Origin: Felis catus
Taxonomy: Eukaryota
NCBI RefSeq assembly: GCF_018350175.1
Contig: NC_058368.1
Span: forward strand, 29,824,001 to 29,888,000
Reading direction: 5' to 3'
DNA length: 64,000 nucleotides
Part shown: positions 49,397-62,392 of the stretch, piece after piece
Numbering within the stretch: the first letter of the stretch is position 1
Layout of the letters: every line of letters begins with the position of its first letter
Position numbers and translations under genes: made by a program
The notes under the pieces: generated by a model
Seen by the model: only the letters and a program-made list of their open reading frames with translations
What the model was told of the DNA's origin: nothing
The model's database searches: none

Positions 49397-51469
49397 TTAT
49401 AATGTAGAATGGTGATTTCATAGTTCTTTGAGTGGATGCCTAGTTTACTGAAGTGCCCCGGCTCCCTTCACTGGATATTATTCGATGTCTGCTAGTTTTT
49501 TAGTGTTCTGATGAGCGTCTCCAGGCACTGAACTCTGTCTTGCTTCGGGCTTGCAATGGGTTATTCAAGGGGAGGGTGCCAGCTGCTACCTGGCTTCCCT
49601 GCATTTGGGAATCATCCCCAGACCAAGTGGGAGGATTTTTCTACAAATAGTGCAGGCTGTTTGTAGTTCCAGTTACTGCAGTCGAGATAAGCAAACTCCC
49701 AGGCAGCAGGAATGCAGTGGAGCAGGCATAAAACTGGGAGGAAAGGCAAAACCTTGAGACCAGGGGACTCAGGGATCTGGGAAGTGAAACGGATGCTCAC
49801 TGGCTCTGCAAGCATTCTCAGAGGTTGGCTTCGTGGCCTGCCGTGCACCTGACCGCACCCAGCCGGAGTGGCAGCCTCATCCACACTTCCCACTCCACTT
49901 CTGTGTTGCCTGTTTTTCTTCAGCACTTATGCCGTTGGGCGTGCTACCCATTTTACTTATTTATCGTGTTTATTTCTGTCTCCCACTCCACGGGGGCAGG
50001 GATTGCTGTCTGTTTGGTACACTGCTGTTTCCCAGCACCCAGAACAGTTTCTGGCTCATGGTAGACACTTGGTGCCTACTTGCCGAATAAAGGAGTGGAT
50101 AATTCACAAACGAAAGAGGGTTTTGTTTTGTTTTGTTTTTTGCTTCTGGTTTTTATGCTTTCGAAAGAGCTTTATGACATCCATTGCTCTCAGATCAGGT
50201 TTCTCTTTCTACTCTGTCTTCATTTCACTTTGAGTTTCTCACCAATGTCCGAGGAATGTGTCCTTGGAGAGGGTGACAATTCAGAGAGGGAGAGAAAGGG
50301 AGGGTGAAGCAGGGAGCCCCAGGTGACAGGATCCCACCCTCCATGGGGAGGAGTTGAGTGGCTTCCAGAAGCAGGAGGTGTGGACAAGAATTGTCACAGG
50401 TTGGCGGCAGGGTGCCCCTGTTCCTGGGTTGTGATGTTCTGGGAACTGTGTCCTCTGCCACAGGGGCTGCACTGGGCTTCATCGTTAGGGGGTCCTGGAT
50501 GCCCATGGGGCTCTCCTTAGACCTGCATCCAAAGATGGAAACCTCCCTTGGCCAGCTGCCTGGGGGCCAGCCTTGGGGTTCCTCCCGGACATTCATCACG
50601 GGCTGCATTCCAGGACGTCTCAAACCAGACATCTGTGGCCTCAGTGCTGGGGTGAGACTCCCTGTCTGAAGGTTCACAGTCACATTTGATCTAATGATCC
50701 TGAAATTATGTATATTCTTGACTCCTTAAGAAACCCTAAAAACCGCAGACAACCTTCATGCATACATAGCCACATCTTTGTTAAAGCGCTACCAGTCCCG
50801 GGGCCAAGCATGGGTGGTGGGAGTTGCAGGAGGGGGAGAGGCTGTCTGGAACCATCAGGTGAATGGTGACAGCCCCCCTCGGGCCTCCACGGCCCCGCGG
50901 TTGGCAGCTCTGGAGGCCCACATCATGTTTCGCGTCACTCAAAGGCAGGTGAGCCGAAGGCCCGTCTCGCTGGCTGTCTCCGCAGCTGCGGCTGTGATCA
51001 GGTGGCCCTGCCCGCCTCGGCCCGGCAGCTCGGGCTCTTGAAGAACGAATGACAGGGCCAATAATCTGCACTTGGCAAAACAAACCCCAACACACTCTGA
51101 AAGGCACAGCTGGGCCAGGCTCAGCAACTTTATTCATTAGGCAGTTAATCTCCAGGCTGTCAGCTGAGGCCACAAGGGCAGGCCCAGGCAGGGAAGCTGT
51201 GCCTTCAACAATTCAATCCAGTCCCACAAATATTATTGGGCCTGTGCTCTGCACGAGGGAGATGCTGTGAGTGGCTGCAAAGGAAGCAGGGGAGAAAGGG
51301 ACAGTTCCTGCCTCAAGGAACTTACAGGCTAGCTTCTCCTGGAGCCACCAGAGAGCAGCCGAAAGGGACAGCTGGGGTTCAGAGTTGGGAGAGAGAACTG
51401 TCTGTTGAAAAATCAGGACAAGTGCTGTGGAGGAGGAGTACTGGAGTCTGGATAGAGGTCCCCCACCTC

Positions 51470-51869
51470 GGACCCCTTAATGTCCATATCTTGATCCCCA
51501 GAACCTGTGAATATATTACCTTATATGGCAAAAGAAACTTGGCAGATGTGATTAAGGTGAACCCTAAGTGTAATCATGAGGGTCCTTGTAAGAGGGAGGC
51601 CGGAGGGTCAGAGTTGGAGACAGATTTAAAGATCCAGCATGCTGGCTTTGAAGATAGAGGAAGGGGCCATCAGCCAAGCCATGCCAGCAGCCTCTAGAAG
51701 CTGCTTGGCAAGGAAGCGAGTTCTTTCCCTTAGAGCTTCCAAAAACAACGCAGTCCTGCTGAGCCATTTTGGGCTTTGGATCTCCAGAACTTTAAGGTAA
51801 TAAATCTCTATTGTTTAAGCCATAAATATGTGGTAATTTGTGAGAGAGGCAATGTAAACCAGATATACA
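51470..51869 (+). mobile_element. MaLR solo LTR (MLT1C/D-like)
   Basis: ccccagaacctgtgaatatattaccttatatggcaaaag...gcagatgtgattaagg...gctggctttgaagatagaggaaggggcca...taataaat...ttgtttaagcca...gtaatttgt...ataca. Confidence 0.88.
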
Positions 51870-52097
51870 CCCTCTCTCCTTCCCTTGCTTGCTCTCTCCC
51901 TCAATCTCCATCTCCCTCCTTTTCTTCTTCTCTTCCCCACCCCTGCCTTGCATTCTCTCTTTTCTTCTTCCCTTCTCACCTCTCCTCTCCTTTATTTTAC
52001 TTCTTTCCTCCCTCTCTCCTTTCCTTCCTTCCTCTCTCCTTTCCTCCCCTCCCTGCCTTCCTCCCCTCTTTCCTTCTTTCCTTCCTCCTTCTCTCTA
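51870..52097. repeat. About 230-bp polypyrimidine tract
   Basis: Almost exclusively C/T on the + strand. Confidence 0.9.
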
Positions 52098-53314
52098 GGT
52101 GGAAAGATCCTTAAGGCAGCTAGAAATATGAATCTGGGGCTCTGCTCGTAGGTCAGAGGTGAAGCAATGAGCCTGGCTGGAGAAGAGGACCCAGGGCGCG
52201 GCCTTAGGGAGCTCTCAGATTTAGGGAGTGAGGGAAAGGAACCTCATTCCCTAGGTTAGTCAGAGCTAGGTGGGATAGTCAGAGAGGTGGTGGGACACTC
52301 AGGATGGCGAAAGAGCAGAAAAACCATGGGCCTTTGAGGGGAGAGTGGTCAACAGAGTCAATGTTGCATGGAAGTCAGGGGGCTGTGGGGAGAGGAGAGG
52401 TCTTCCCCGTGGGGTTGGGGAGGTCATTCCTGAGCCTTGAGATGTGAGGAAGTTGATGGGGGCAAGCGAGGAGTGAGTGGGCAAGCCGTGGAGGTGTTGG
52501 GGACCTCTTTCAGTGCACTTGGAAGGGAGGGAAAAGAAGAAATATATGAGAGAGAAGCAGGTGGCCCAGCCTGATTGCAGGTGAGTGGGAGTTCCTGGGA
52601 GAGACTGGGAGATTGGAAATGCAAGCAAGTGAGGACTGGGAGAGATGGGAAAAAGGGCATCCTTTTCCAGAAAGGGCACTTCCTCCCTGGGAAAGGCATG
52701 GAGAAAGAGGGACAGGGAAAAGAAAGATTTTTCTACAGAAAAAAAAAAAAATGGAATAGGCTCTTGGCGAAGCAGCAAGCAAGGCCACATTCAAGGGGAA
52801 AGGGTGTTGGGAGTGGGGTTTGGGGACAGAAAGGAGGCAACGCATTTGGATCAGCCACTTCAGGGATTTTCAGAAGGAATAACAAACACAGGCCCCCTGC
52901 TTGAATTTTGATGGACTCTGGTAAGAACTTGCTTTTCCTGTCGTGTTCAGCAGCAGGGGAGCAGAGCAGGGAAAGGACACAGCTCTAGGACTGGCAGGAG
53001 AGCTGCAGAAGGACAAGGCAGGAGTGGGGGGGGTGGTGGTGAGGAGGGGGCGGGAAGCAATCACAGTGTCAAAATGGCTGAGTGTGAATTCCAGGCTGGG
53101 CTGAGGTCAGAATGAGGAAGAGACATGGAAAAACCATCTGGGCTGAGGACCACAGCTCATGAGAGGGTGCAGAGCAAGCAGATCTCTCTGACGTTGGACA
53201 AATCTCTCTTCCTGCCCTCGCCCCCACGCCGTTCACAAAGCAGCCTCCATTTCATTCCTCCTGATTGGTTTGGAACAAAAAAACAATGCCTGGCAGAAAG
53301 TGTCGGTGGGCGCC

Positions 53315-53345
<31 letters not shown>

Positions 53346-56300
53346 ACCAAAAGAGTCTCATGATCCCTGTGCCCTGATGGCATCTGAGATCTTTAAGGGT
53401 TGATTTCAGCTTATCTTCACTTGTGTGTCCTCAGCCAGTTTTGGGGTCTGGAGGATTTTGAGTATGGGTTTCTCTCTGTTGGCTTATGCTTCAGTGTCTG
53501 TCTGTGGTTCTTTTCTCCTTTTCCTTCTTCCTTTGTTTGGCAACTTTAGGCGTGGTACCAGCGGACTCGGGAGCTACTCCACACACCTAGGGTTGCCAGT
53601 TTGGGCAGTCTGCATGGTGCAACACCATGATCTGAAGGAGGATGGCCTTGGTCTATTGCAAACAGCCACTGGCGCAAGCAGTTCCTCTTTGGGGGTCTGG
53701 TAGTGGGGCATTTGGGAGTCTATGAGCAGCCAAAAACATCTGCCCCCAAGATCAAATCTGGTTGGCTGATTGGCCAGTATGGGTCAACAAAACGTATAAA
53801 TCTGTATTTCCCCCGCGGAGGAAGCCGGGTCATTGACTTCAGGCCACATATGCCGTGCATGGTTGTGTCATCGGAATTACAAATGCCGAGGGTGCCAAGA
53901 GACAGGTGGGCAGAGGCTCCGTGGCATCTCACCACCCCTGTGCTCTTGGGTCCTGTAGCTCCTTTTCGTTCTGATTTTTATTTTTACACTTTTCCTCTTA
54001 TATTTTTAAATTCCTTCCGAGCAGGGTCAAAGCTATAAGCAGCAAAGCCAGGGTCATGTTTGTGGAAGCGTTTACTCAGCAATCCCCTTCTGGGAGGAAG
54101 TGGGAGGAGGAGGGTCTGCTCAATGGCCCCACGGTCTTTGTTCCCAGGACTCAGGGCCCTACCTCCATATGGGGCACCCCTGCTTCCTCTCCATCAGGCT
54201 GGCCCTGCCCCCAATCCCACTGTCCACTTGACTGACTCCTCATATGAAGTTCAGACACTTGAGGGATTGGAAGCATAGCTCTAGTTCAAAAATGTGCCTC
54301 ATTCTCAGAGTGCAGATGATTCAGACAAAGCCTTTATGTTTAATTTTGCCTACTTTCTCCTTCCATATTGATTCCTTGCGTTTCACTGAGGGGCTTATTT
54401 GATTTGGAGGTGGATTATGCAATTATCTTACGTATTATCTCAGCAACACAATAAAGGCAGAAGTGGGTTTTATTTATAACATCTGAATTATCCAGATGAT
54501 GCCGTCCATGTAGACATAACCTTGGAGAAGACAGGACCCAAGGAAGCATGCAAAGAGACCCCAGGTCCTAGAGTACCATGCACGGAGGACCCGGGCCTGG
54601 CAGAAGCTTGGAGAACAGACCATGTATTGCAGAACAAGGGTTCATCTCTCCTCCAGCCTCAGACCGATCCATTTGTCACTCTGGATTATTTCTCTTATAC
54701 CTGCACAGGGAGACAGCATTGTCAAACGCAAGGATTCCCAGCGTGCTCTGTTGTGGCATGAAACACAAACACCATTTCCTTTCGGCTCTGGCTTTTACAG
54801 GGCCTGCCCGAATATATTTGTGTTGTCTCCAAACCTGGCACTTTAAAATAAATGAAAAGTTCCCTGAATGACAAACACAGTGCACATAGTGGGAGGGCCA
54901 TTTGCGGGGAAATGGTCGCGAGGAGAATCGGTACTTTATGAATATTCACTGAAGTGTAAACCTGCACATTGCTTATACGCTTTTCTGCATCCTAATTTGC
55001 CCATGAATGCAAATGAGTCCCGTTTAAAATAGAGACGGGGAGAACAGGCTCCTCACAGAACACCTAATTGAAAGATGTTTGTACATCATGTCTGATATTT
55101 AGTAAACAGAGAGACAAATCCAATCGTTTTCCAAATGAGACCTCAGAAACAATAAAAAATAATGATCACAAAAACCTGGAGAGTAAGAATGTGCAGAACT
55201 AACGGCTTTCCTAAAAAGGGGGACATAATTACTCTGTCTCAGGGTGCAATTAGTGTCCTAATTATACGAAGGTGTATTTTGCTTATCTCTTCAGTAAGTC
55301 CTCTGTCAAGATTTAGCGGCCTGGAGGAGCAGTCCGACAGGGGGCTGGGGCCCGCGCTGGGGTAGGCAATGGCTGGTCCTGTGGGGAGAGGGGCCCGGAT
55401 AGTGGTACTTGGGGAAGTACCCTCATCTTTCTTGTAGACTGACAGATGGTTTCAGTCTGGGCTGGACTGCCTGCTGCTGCTTTCAATGCAAGAGTGTTAC
55501 CTTTTTGGATTCATGAAAGCCACTCAATCAAAGATAAAAAGGCAGGCCAGTGTGGGGAATCAATAAAATCTCTACTTTCAGCTGGAGTGTCTAATAGTAA
55601 TTCTTCTCGTGTCACTGCCTGGTTAAACAGTCATACTCCTGCTAAAAGCCCTATAAGACATAATAGATTCATGTGGCTTTGCTCTATTGTGTTGCATTTG
55701 GCCTGAAAAAGGGGAAAGGGGCTCCTGTTTTTCCAAAACAAACCAGACACTGAAGCATTGTGTATCAAAATGTATTCACCCACTGCCTGATCATCTCATT
55801 AGAGCAGAGGGGGCTTCCTTTGCATACCTCTTGCGGAGTTATTTCCAGACATCTGATATATTCATTGCAAAGCCTCCTTCGGAGATGTTTTAGTACCAGT
55901 TCCAAGGCGCTCTGCTTACATTTAAATGTGTTCTTTGGTGGTTGTTGTTCTGGGGAAAAAATCATAAAAACAAGTGCTTTTTATTTCAAACCGAGCCAAT
56001 TGTAAACATCGAGATCTGTTCTGAGGAGTCAGCAGCAAATGTCACATGTCTCAGAGCTGAACTCAGGAGCACCAAGTGGCTTAGTCATGCAGAGTCTCAG
56101 GCAGGGCCTTCGTCGTGGCTTCTTGTGAAACAAGTTTATGTTGAGCTGGAGGTGGGGCAGGGTATTCCTTAAAGTCCTTGCATGGCAGTGGGGTCAAGAT
56201 CTATGTGGATGCGACGCCCCTCACCCCGACAGGCTCACGGGCCCTGGAATGGTCCCAAACCCACAGCCCATGTGGCTTTGAGTCATAGAGGTATCAGGGC

Positions 56301-58207
56301 CTTTTCTCTGCAATCTTTCCTCCTCCGGTCTTATAGAGACAAAATGAAGTATTTGTGCCTGAGATGAGCAGCATTAAATGCAATCGGCTGGGTCACCACC
56401 CACACATTGACGTCCAGGGATTTTGAGTGAATGAGAATCACAGAGCATGTTATTTCGCCATCTGGGGCGAGAAAGAAGCGGTGGGACAAGCAGCACTTCG
56501 TTGGCCACTCCCAGAAGGCCCTTTGATCAGGGGCCTTTGTGAAGGCTTCCGCTGACCCCTCCTGTCCCACGTCCAAACCAAGGCCACTTGCCACCCTTTG
56601 CTTCTCTTGGAAGGTTCGTCTGCTGCTGTTGGGCCACACCGGAGCCTTTTCTGGCATATCGGGGTGGATTGCAGAAGAAACGAAGATACAGAGCGCCTTC
56701 CCCCTTATGGCTTCTCACCCACCTCCCCTGGAAACCTCAGCAGATGTAGACAAGACTTTAATAGCTACGTAAAGAGAAACGCATGACAATCTCATTAGGG
56801 GAGCCATAATGGCCTGTTGGAGGATCTCAGAGAGGACAATATATCAATGTCTAGTTTGTTACGGCATCCTAACGATGGCACTTTGCCCCTGCCCATAATC
56901 GTCCATTCATCGCCCATTTGACCTGGCTCTCAATAATGCTTTGCCCTCCCTTGCATCGGTCTCCCTTTGAGGCCCTCGACAATTGCTGACACAATTCTTT
57001 ACGTGCGGGTAAATCAGAGCAGTAAGTGACAATCATAAAAAAGCAGTTAGTGGGCCACCCCATGGCTTGCCGTGATCTGACGCATTCAGGCTCTTTCTTT
57101 TCTTTTTCCCAGAAGTCCTTCATCCGGAGTCCAACATCTGCAGGAGGTCAAGGCACTGGGAGTCCTGGGATCTCAGCCATCTGCCAAGGAAAAAGGAAGT
57201 CGGTGCTAGAGGAGGGAGGAGGAGAACCTAAATGATATTCTGAAGACCTTCTTAAAGTTATTTATCGTGGGCGAGGGCAGGAGAATCGTTATTAATGGTA
57301 TCAGTCTATTGTCTCCTGATGTGCCTCCGAGGGCAGCGGACATAATTAAAGTCGAAGCCCAGTTCATTCCTCCCCTTGGAGGCTTAAATAGCCTGGAGTC
57401 ATTTCCCATTCCTCCCTTCCCACGAGCTCCCGTCCTCCCCAGCTGCTGAAAAATTCAACATTCCTATAAACTACAGTACTTTGTAAAGGTCATGCGCCAG
57501 TTAATCTGAACCTGGGGTCTGGAGCCGTGCTCACTGTAGCCGCAGCAATGGTGACGTGGGGGCTGCCTGCGGAGGACCTGAGGGGCACGAGGCAGGCTCG
57601 CAGAGCTCTTTAAATATTGCCGAGCATTTCCTGGATCAGCATGATATTTAAAGATTTTTGTTCCACCTGCCTGCGAAATATAGAGTCCAGCCGAGAGGCA
57701 AGAAAATGAATATGGATTTCTTGCCCTTTCAGTGTATTCACTCCAGAAAATAGCCATTTCTTTCTTTCTCTTTTTTTTTTCTTTTTTTTTCACGCCGAGC
57801 TGGGGACTGCAGGCTTCAGGCAGCCATGATTACAATCATGCATCATGAATGAAATGTGCCATTTGGAGAAAATCAGCCGCTCATTCCATTTCAACGCCCC
57901 CCCCCCCCCCCCGACAAATCAATAGCACTAGTGGAGGTTTGGGGCTGAACTGGATGTTGTGCTTGAACTAAAGTACTTTCTCAACATACTTCGGCTACTC
58001 CGAGCAGTGGCCAGGGGCGGGCTCTGCCTGAGGCTCCAACAAGAGGAGTATCAGGCTCCAAGGCTAGGTCTGGTTCCACACGTGATGGTGAAGTGAGACT
58101 CAGTGCTGGTGGGTAGAACACTGGGAAGGATCCAAAGACGCGCTTCCTAGCTTGGGCTCTGCCTAAAGTAGCGTTTTATTGATCCATTCATTCAGCAAGA
58201 CATGCCT

Positions 58208-58406
58208 GGGGGCGCCGGGGTGGCTCAGTCGGTTGAGCGGCTGACTTTGGCTCAGGTCATGACCTCGCAGTTGGTGAGTTCAAGCCCTGCATCTGGTTTG
58301 CTGCTGTCAGCACAGAGCCTGCTTTGGATCCTCTATCCCCCTCTCTCTCCGCACCTCCCCGTTCACCCTCTTTCTCTCTCAAAAATAAAGGATTAAAAAA
58401 AAAAAA
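58208..58406 (+). mobile_element. CanSINE
   Basis: GGGGGCGCCGGGGTGGCTCAGTCGGTTGAGCG...GAGTTCAAGCCC... with an A-tail. Confidence 0.95.
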
Positions 58407-58412
58407 CCACCT

Positions 58413-58631
58413 GGGGCACCCAGGTGGCTCAGTTGGTTAAGCGTCCTACTTCAGCTCAGGTCATGACCTCGTGGTTTGTGGGTTTGAGCCCCGTGTCAGG
58501 CTCTGCTGACAGCTCAGAGCCCGGAGCCTGCTATGGATTCTGTGTCTCCTTCTCTCTCTGCCCCTTCCCAACTTGTGCTCTGTCTCTGTCTCTCAAAAAT
58601 AAACAAACGTGACAAAAAAAATTAAAAAAAA
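58413..58631 (+). mobile_element. CanSINE inserted at the tail of the preceding SINE
   Basis: Full body; flanks aaaaaaccacct / aaaaaaccccacct resemble a TSD. Confidence 0.95.
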
Positions 58632-59689
58632 CCCCACCTGTCTGGGGTATTTTGTGTGTTCCAGACATGGCGTGAAGCTCGGAGAGCATAAGAGCAAAGA
58701 AGGTGGACACAGACCCTGCCCTCACGCGGCTTCTAGAGTGTAATGCGGGAGGCACAACAATTACTGGACAATTACAATACAGTGTGATAAACCTTGGGAC
58801 ATGGGGACGATTTTTCATCTCTCTGCTTTCTCTTTTTTTTTTTTTTTTTTTTTTATAGGCAAACTGAGGAAGTGTAAAAAGAGAGACCTTCAAGATATTC
58901 TCCCCTTCCAGGATCCTAATCAATCTGTAGGGCACATAGGCAGTCAAACCTTCAAACTTACCTTGTTTCCAGGTAGGCGAGGCTCTTGCTCCCTTTGTCC
59001 TCAGGGTCACCACAACCTGGCTGCAGAGAGGAGCCTCAATGCAGATGAAATGTTAACTCACAGCTGAGGTGCCAGATAGATGTCATGGACTTTGAGAAGT
59101 TTCGGCAGTTCCGAGTTCCTTGGGAGTTCAGAGGAGGGAGAGATGGCTAAGTGCATTATCTATGCCAGTGACACTTCTCTCTGTGCCTTTTTAACCACTC
59201 CCCTGCCTCCCATTACTTATATATGGAGAAGACTCCTCAATTCATGTCTTCAGCCCAGATCTTTCCCCTCTCCCTGGCCCTTGCCTTGGCTAATGCCTAC
59301 ACATTTTCCATCTCCCACGTAAGCTCCAAGAGGCTATGCATTTCCTCGAACCAGGTTAGGATCCTGTGGCACCCTGGTCTTCAGAGCGCTTAGCACATTT
59401 ATTTTTTGGTAATTATTTAGTCAACTGTCTCTTCCACAAGTCTGCCAGACCCTCAAAGGCAAGGACCATGTCTGTCCAGCTCACTGTTGTTTCCCCAGGG
59501 CCACGGTGCTTTGCCTTTTTTCAGTGTCTGGTTAAGTAATTTGTTATATAAATGAATGGCTATCTAATTCTTCTAGAGAATAAGCATGCCTTTCTTTAAG
59601 GTGTCCAGACCATTTCACCCTGTTTGGGTGGTCCTTCCCAGAGTGAGATAAAACTAAAGTGGCTTGGTGCCAGTATATTCCCAACAGAG

Positions 59690-60850
59690 TGTGGTGTCTT
59701 AGGCAGAGTTTCCTAAAACTCAGAGCTTGAGACAAGGCTTAAGTACTAATGTGCTATGCGGGAAGTGCTATCCCAGGAAAGTGAAGGAAAAGAGAAAAGA
59801 GTCAGGGAAGGAATGGAAGCAACTCAAGGTGATATGTTACTGTGCTGGCCTCTGGTTCCTGATAGCATGTGTGCATGCGCGCGCACGCACACGCACACAA
59901 TGACAACAAACAAAATGATCATAGCCAGTTGCTCAGCAGGTGCACCTGATCAGCCATGCAGGTTTTTGGCCAGACCATACAGAAAAACCATACCTCAGAA
60001 CAGTCCTTGGGAGCAAAAAGGGAAGGGGATTTATCCTCTGTCTCTTACTTCTATTGGTCAAAGTTAAGCGCCCTGGGGAGGGATCTTCCCTGTATTTAAG
60101 GTTTATTTTATCTTGAAAACCACTGAGAAAGTCAGAGCTCATGCTCTATAATATGACATTTCATCCAAGCCACATATATGCAGAAAAGAGTAAATAGTGT
60201 AGGCCTAAGATTGCTATTCTCAAAAAGGCCTGCTGGAAAGGCCAGCATTGGGGAACTTGGATTTCAGAAGGGCTCACATCACTGTGCCTAGACCTTTTTG
60301 TGCAAGTTTATGCTGATCACCTGTTTTCCTTCTGCAGATCTGGAGTTTAGGTACATGCTGGCACAGGTTACCTACATGTCTAGTCACCAGTAAAAATCAC
60401 AGGGCACTGAGTCTCTAATGAACCTCCCTGATAGACAATATTTCATATGTGTTGTCACAACCCCTTGCTAGAGGAATTGAGTGAGTCCTGTGGGACCCCA
60501 CTGGGAGAGGTCTCTTTTAGATGCTTGTGTCTGGTCTCCCCTGGACTTCTCCCCACATACCTTTCCCTTTTGCTAGTTGCGCATTGTATCCTTTGCTGTA
60601 ATAAATCATAGACGTAAGTACAACTATATGCTGGAGTCCTGTGAATCCTAGAAAATTATCCAACCTGGGGTGGTGGGGGTCTTTGATACCCGTAACACAG
60701 CATATGTGGCTGGCTGGCCTCATGTGAAAGAACCAATCAGGCTTTGATTTTGTTGGCCAAGGCAGAGGCTGAGGTGAAGCAAGAGGATGAAGATCTGGGG
60801 AACAAGGGAGGCTGAGGAGGCACAGAGGCACAGAGATGTGTCTGATACAT
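59690..60850 (-). mobile_element. Old ERVL-type LTR remnant, interrupted by MER68
   Basis: tgtcttaggcagagtttcctaaaactcagagcttgagacaaggc...gggaagtgctatcccaggaaag resembles LTR16/LTR33-class termini; boundaries are uncertain. Confidence 0.45.
60177..60699 (+). mobile_element. MER68-like (ERVL) solo LTR
   Basis: Begins tatgcagaaaagagtaaatag...aggcctaagattgctattc and contains gggcactgagtctctaatga, ttgtatcctttgctgtaataaatc and gagtcctgtgaatcc. It ends aacaca; 5-bp TSD acata/gcata. Confidence 0.82.
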
Positions 60851-61947
60851 GTAGCAGAAGAGCCCAGATGGACCTCGGCGGCTACCATTTGCGCAAACTA
60901 TTCCTGGGATTAATGTCTCTTACCTCAGTTTCATCACACAGAACTGTGTATCTACCTTGCAGGATTGTAAGGATTGGTATAATGTGCGACTTCCTTTAAT
61001 CCTGTTGACTTTCAGGAAAAGATATCTTGACCCCTTATCTTTAGGCTGTAGGATTTGGATTGACTGCATGGAATGTGGCAGAGAGGGGGAAGGAGGGAGT
61101 GAAAGTGCAGTAGTGCATGAAGACTGTCAGTGTGTGTGGGGAGGAGGTCGCTCTTTCTACTTCAGCAGTGTTGAATGGAATGTTCTGGAGAAGAGAGTAC
61201 CTGGTTCTAGATGTTGTGGAGAAGTTTTGCTGCATTTGGAAGTATTTCCAAGAGAGTTCTCTTGGAGTCCAGTGGATTGTTAGACTGTCCAGATACCACT
61301 TACCAGATGGTAGTCATCTTGGGCTTGACCTGGGTTCAGCCTAAGACCACACAGGACGTTCTTAGGCCCCCATTTCCTCTATCAGTGAGTATCAAATTTA
61401 TTTGGCTGCAAGCAACAGACTTAAGCTAACTTAAACAAAAATGCATTATTGGAAGCCTTTGGCATAGCTTGCAAAAAGTAGTAGCTGAACCAGGATGCCT
61501 CAGGCAGGCTGGACATCAGGGCAGTTTTCGGAACCTCAGCAGTTGGACCAACACTCTGGAATGTGATTGTCGGATGGCAGCTATTACCTCTTGGATCCCC
61601 TGTTTGTCAAAGATTCAGATTTCCCTACAGAGGGGCTGTGATTGCTTTCCTTGGAATACTTTAGCCACCCTGGTAATCAGGGGGAGGATTTTTGTAATTG
61701 GAAACTCAATAGAAATACATCAGGGGAGAGAGAGTTCCCCAAATTAAGGAGGATGCCATTACCAAGGCAGATAGGACATTGACACAGACTTGCTTTTTCT
61801 GGGGTGGCCTCTGCCCTATGGAACTCAAGTCACCAGGTCACAATTCTGCTTCTGGGACATCTGAAGCCTGGTGCTACTAGGGTAACCTGGGGCTTTGTCA
61901 GATTCTGTCACTCTTGAGAATTTGTCGTGTCTTTTTGGTTTCTCCAT

Positions 61948-62392
61948 ACTTTCCAAACATATCCAGAAAACATTTTGGGAAGGCTGCCTATGGATGTTAC
62001 TGATCTCTTGTTGCCACCGAGGGGTATACCTTTGTAGAGCCTCAGTGGTTTGTTACCCTAAGCACTTTCACACTACATACCTCTCTAAGCCTTAAGGACG
62101 CCCTACTGTCTTCTCAGAGTGTGTTTTCCCTCTGCTACAAATGCCTACTCACCTTCAAGCTCCACTGCCACTTTCCAAACATATCCAGAAAACATTTTGG
62201 GAAGGCTGCCTATGGATGTTACTGATCTCTTGTTGCCACCGAGGGGTATACCTTTGTAGAGCCTCAGTGGTTTGTTACCCTAAGCACTTTCACACTACAT
62301 ACCTCTCTAAGCCTTAAGGACGCCCTACTGTCTTCTCAGAGTGTGTTTTCCCTCTGCTACAAATGCCTACTCACCTTCAAGCTCCACTGCCA
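61948..62392. repeat. Perfect direct tandem duplication, 222-bp unit x2
   Basis: 61948-62169 is identical base for base to 62170-62391 (actttccaaacatatccag...caagctccactgcc). Confidence 0.97.

Noticed and set aside
61948..62392. CRISPR-like or other repeat-array system
   Set aside because: Only two contiguous long copies with no spacers, in a mammalian context with no associated genes.
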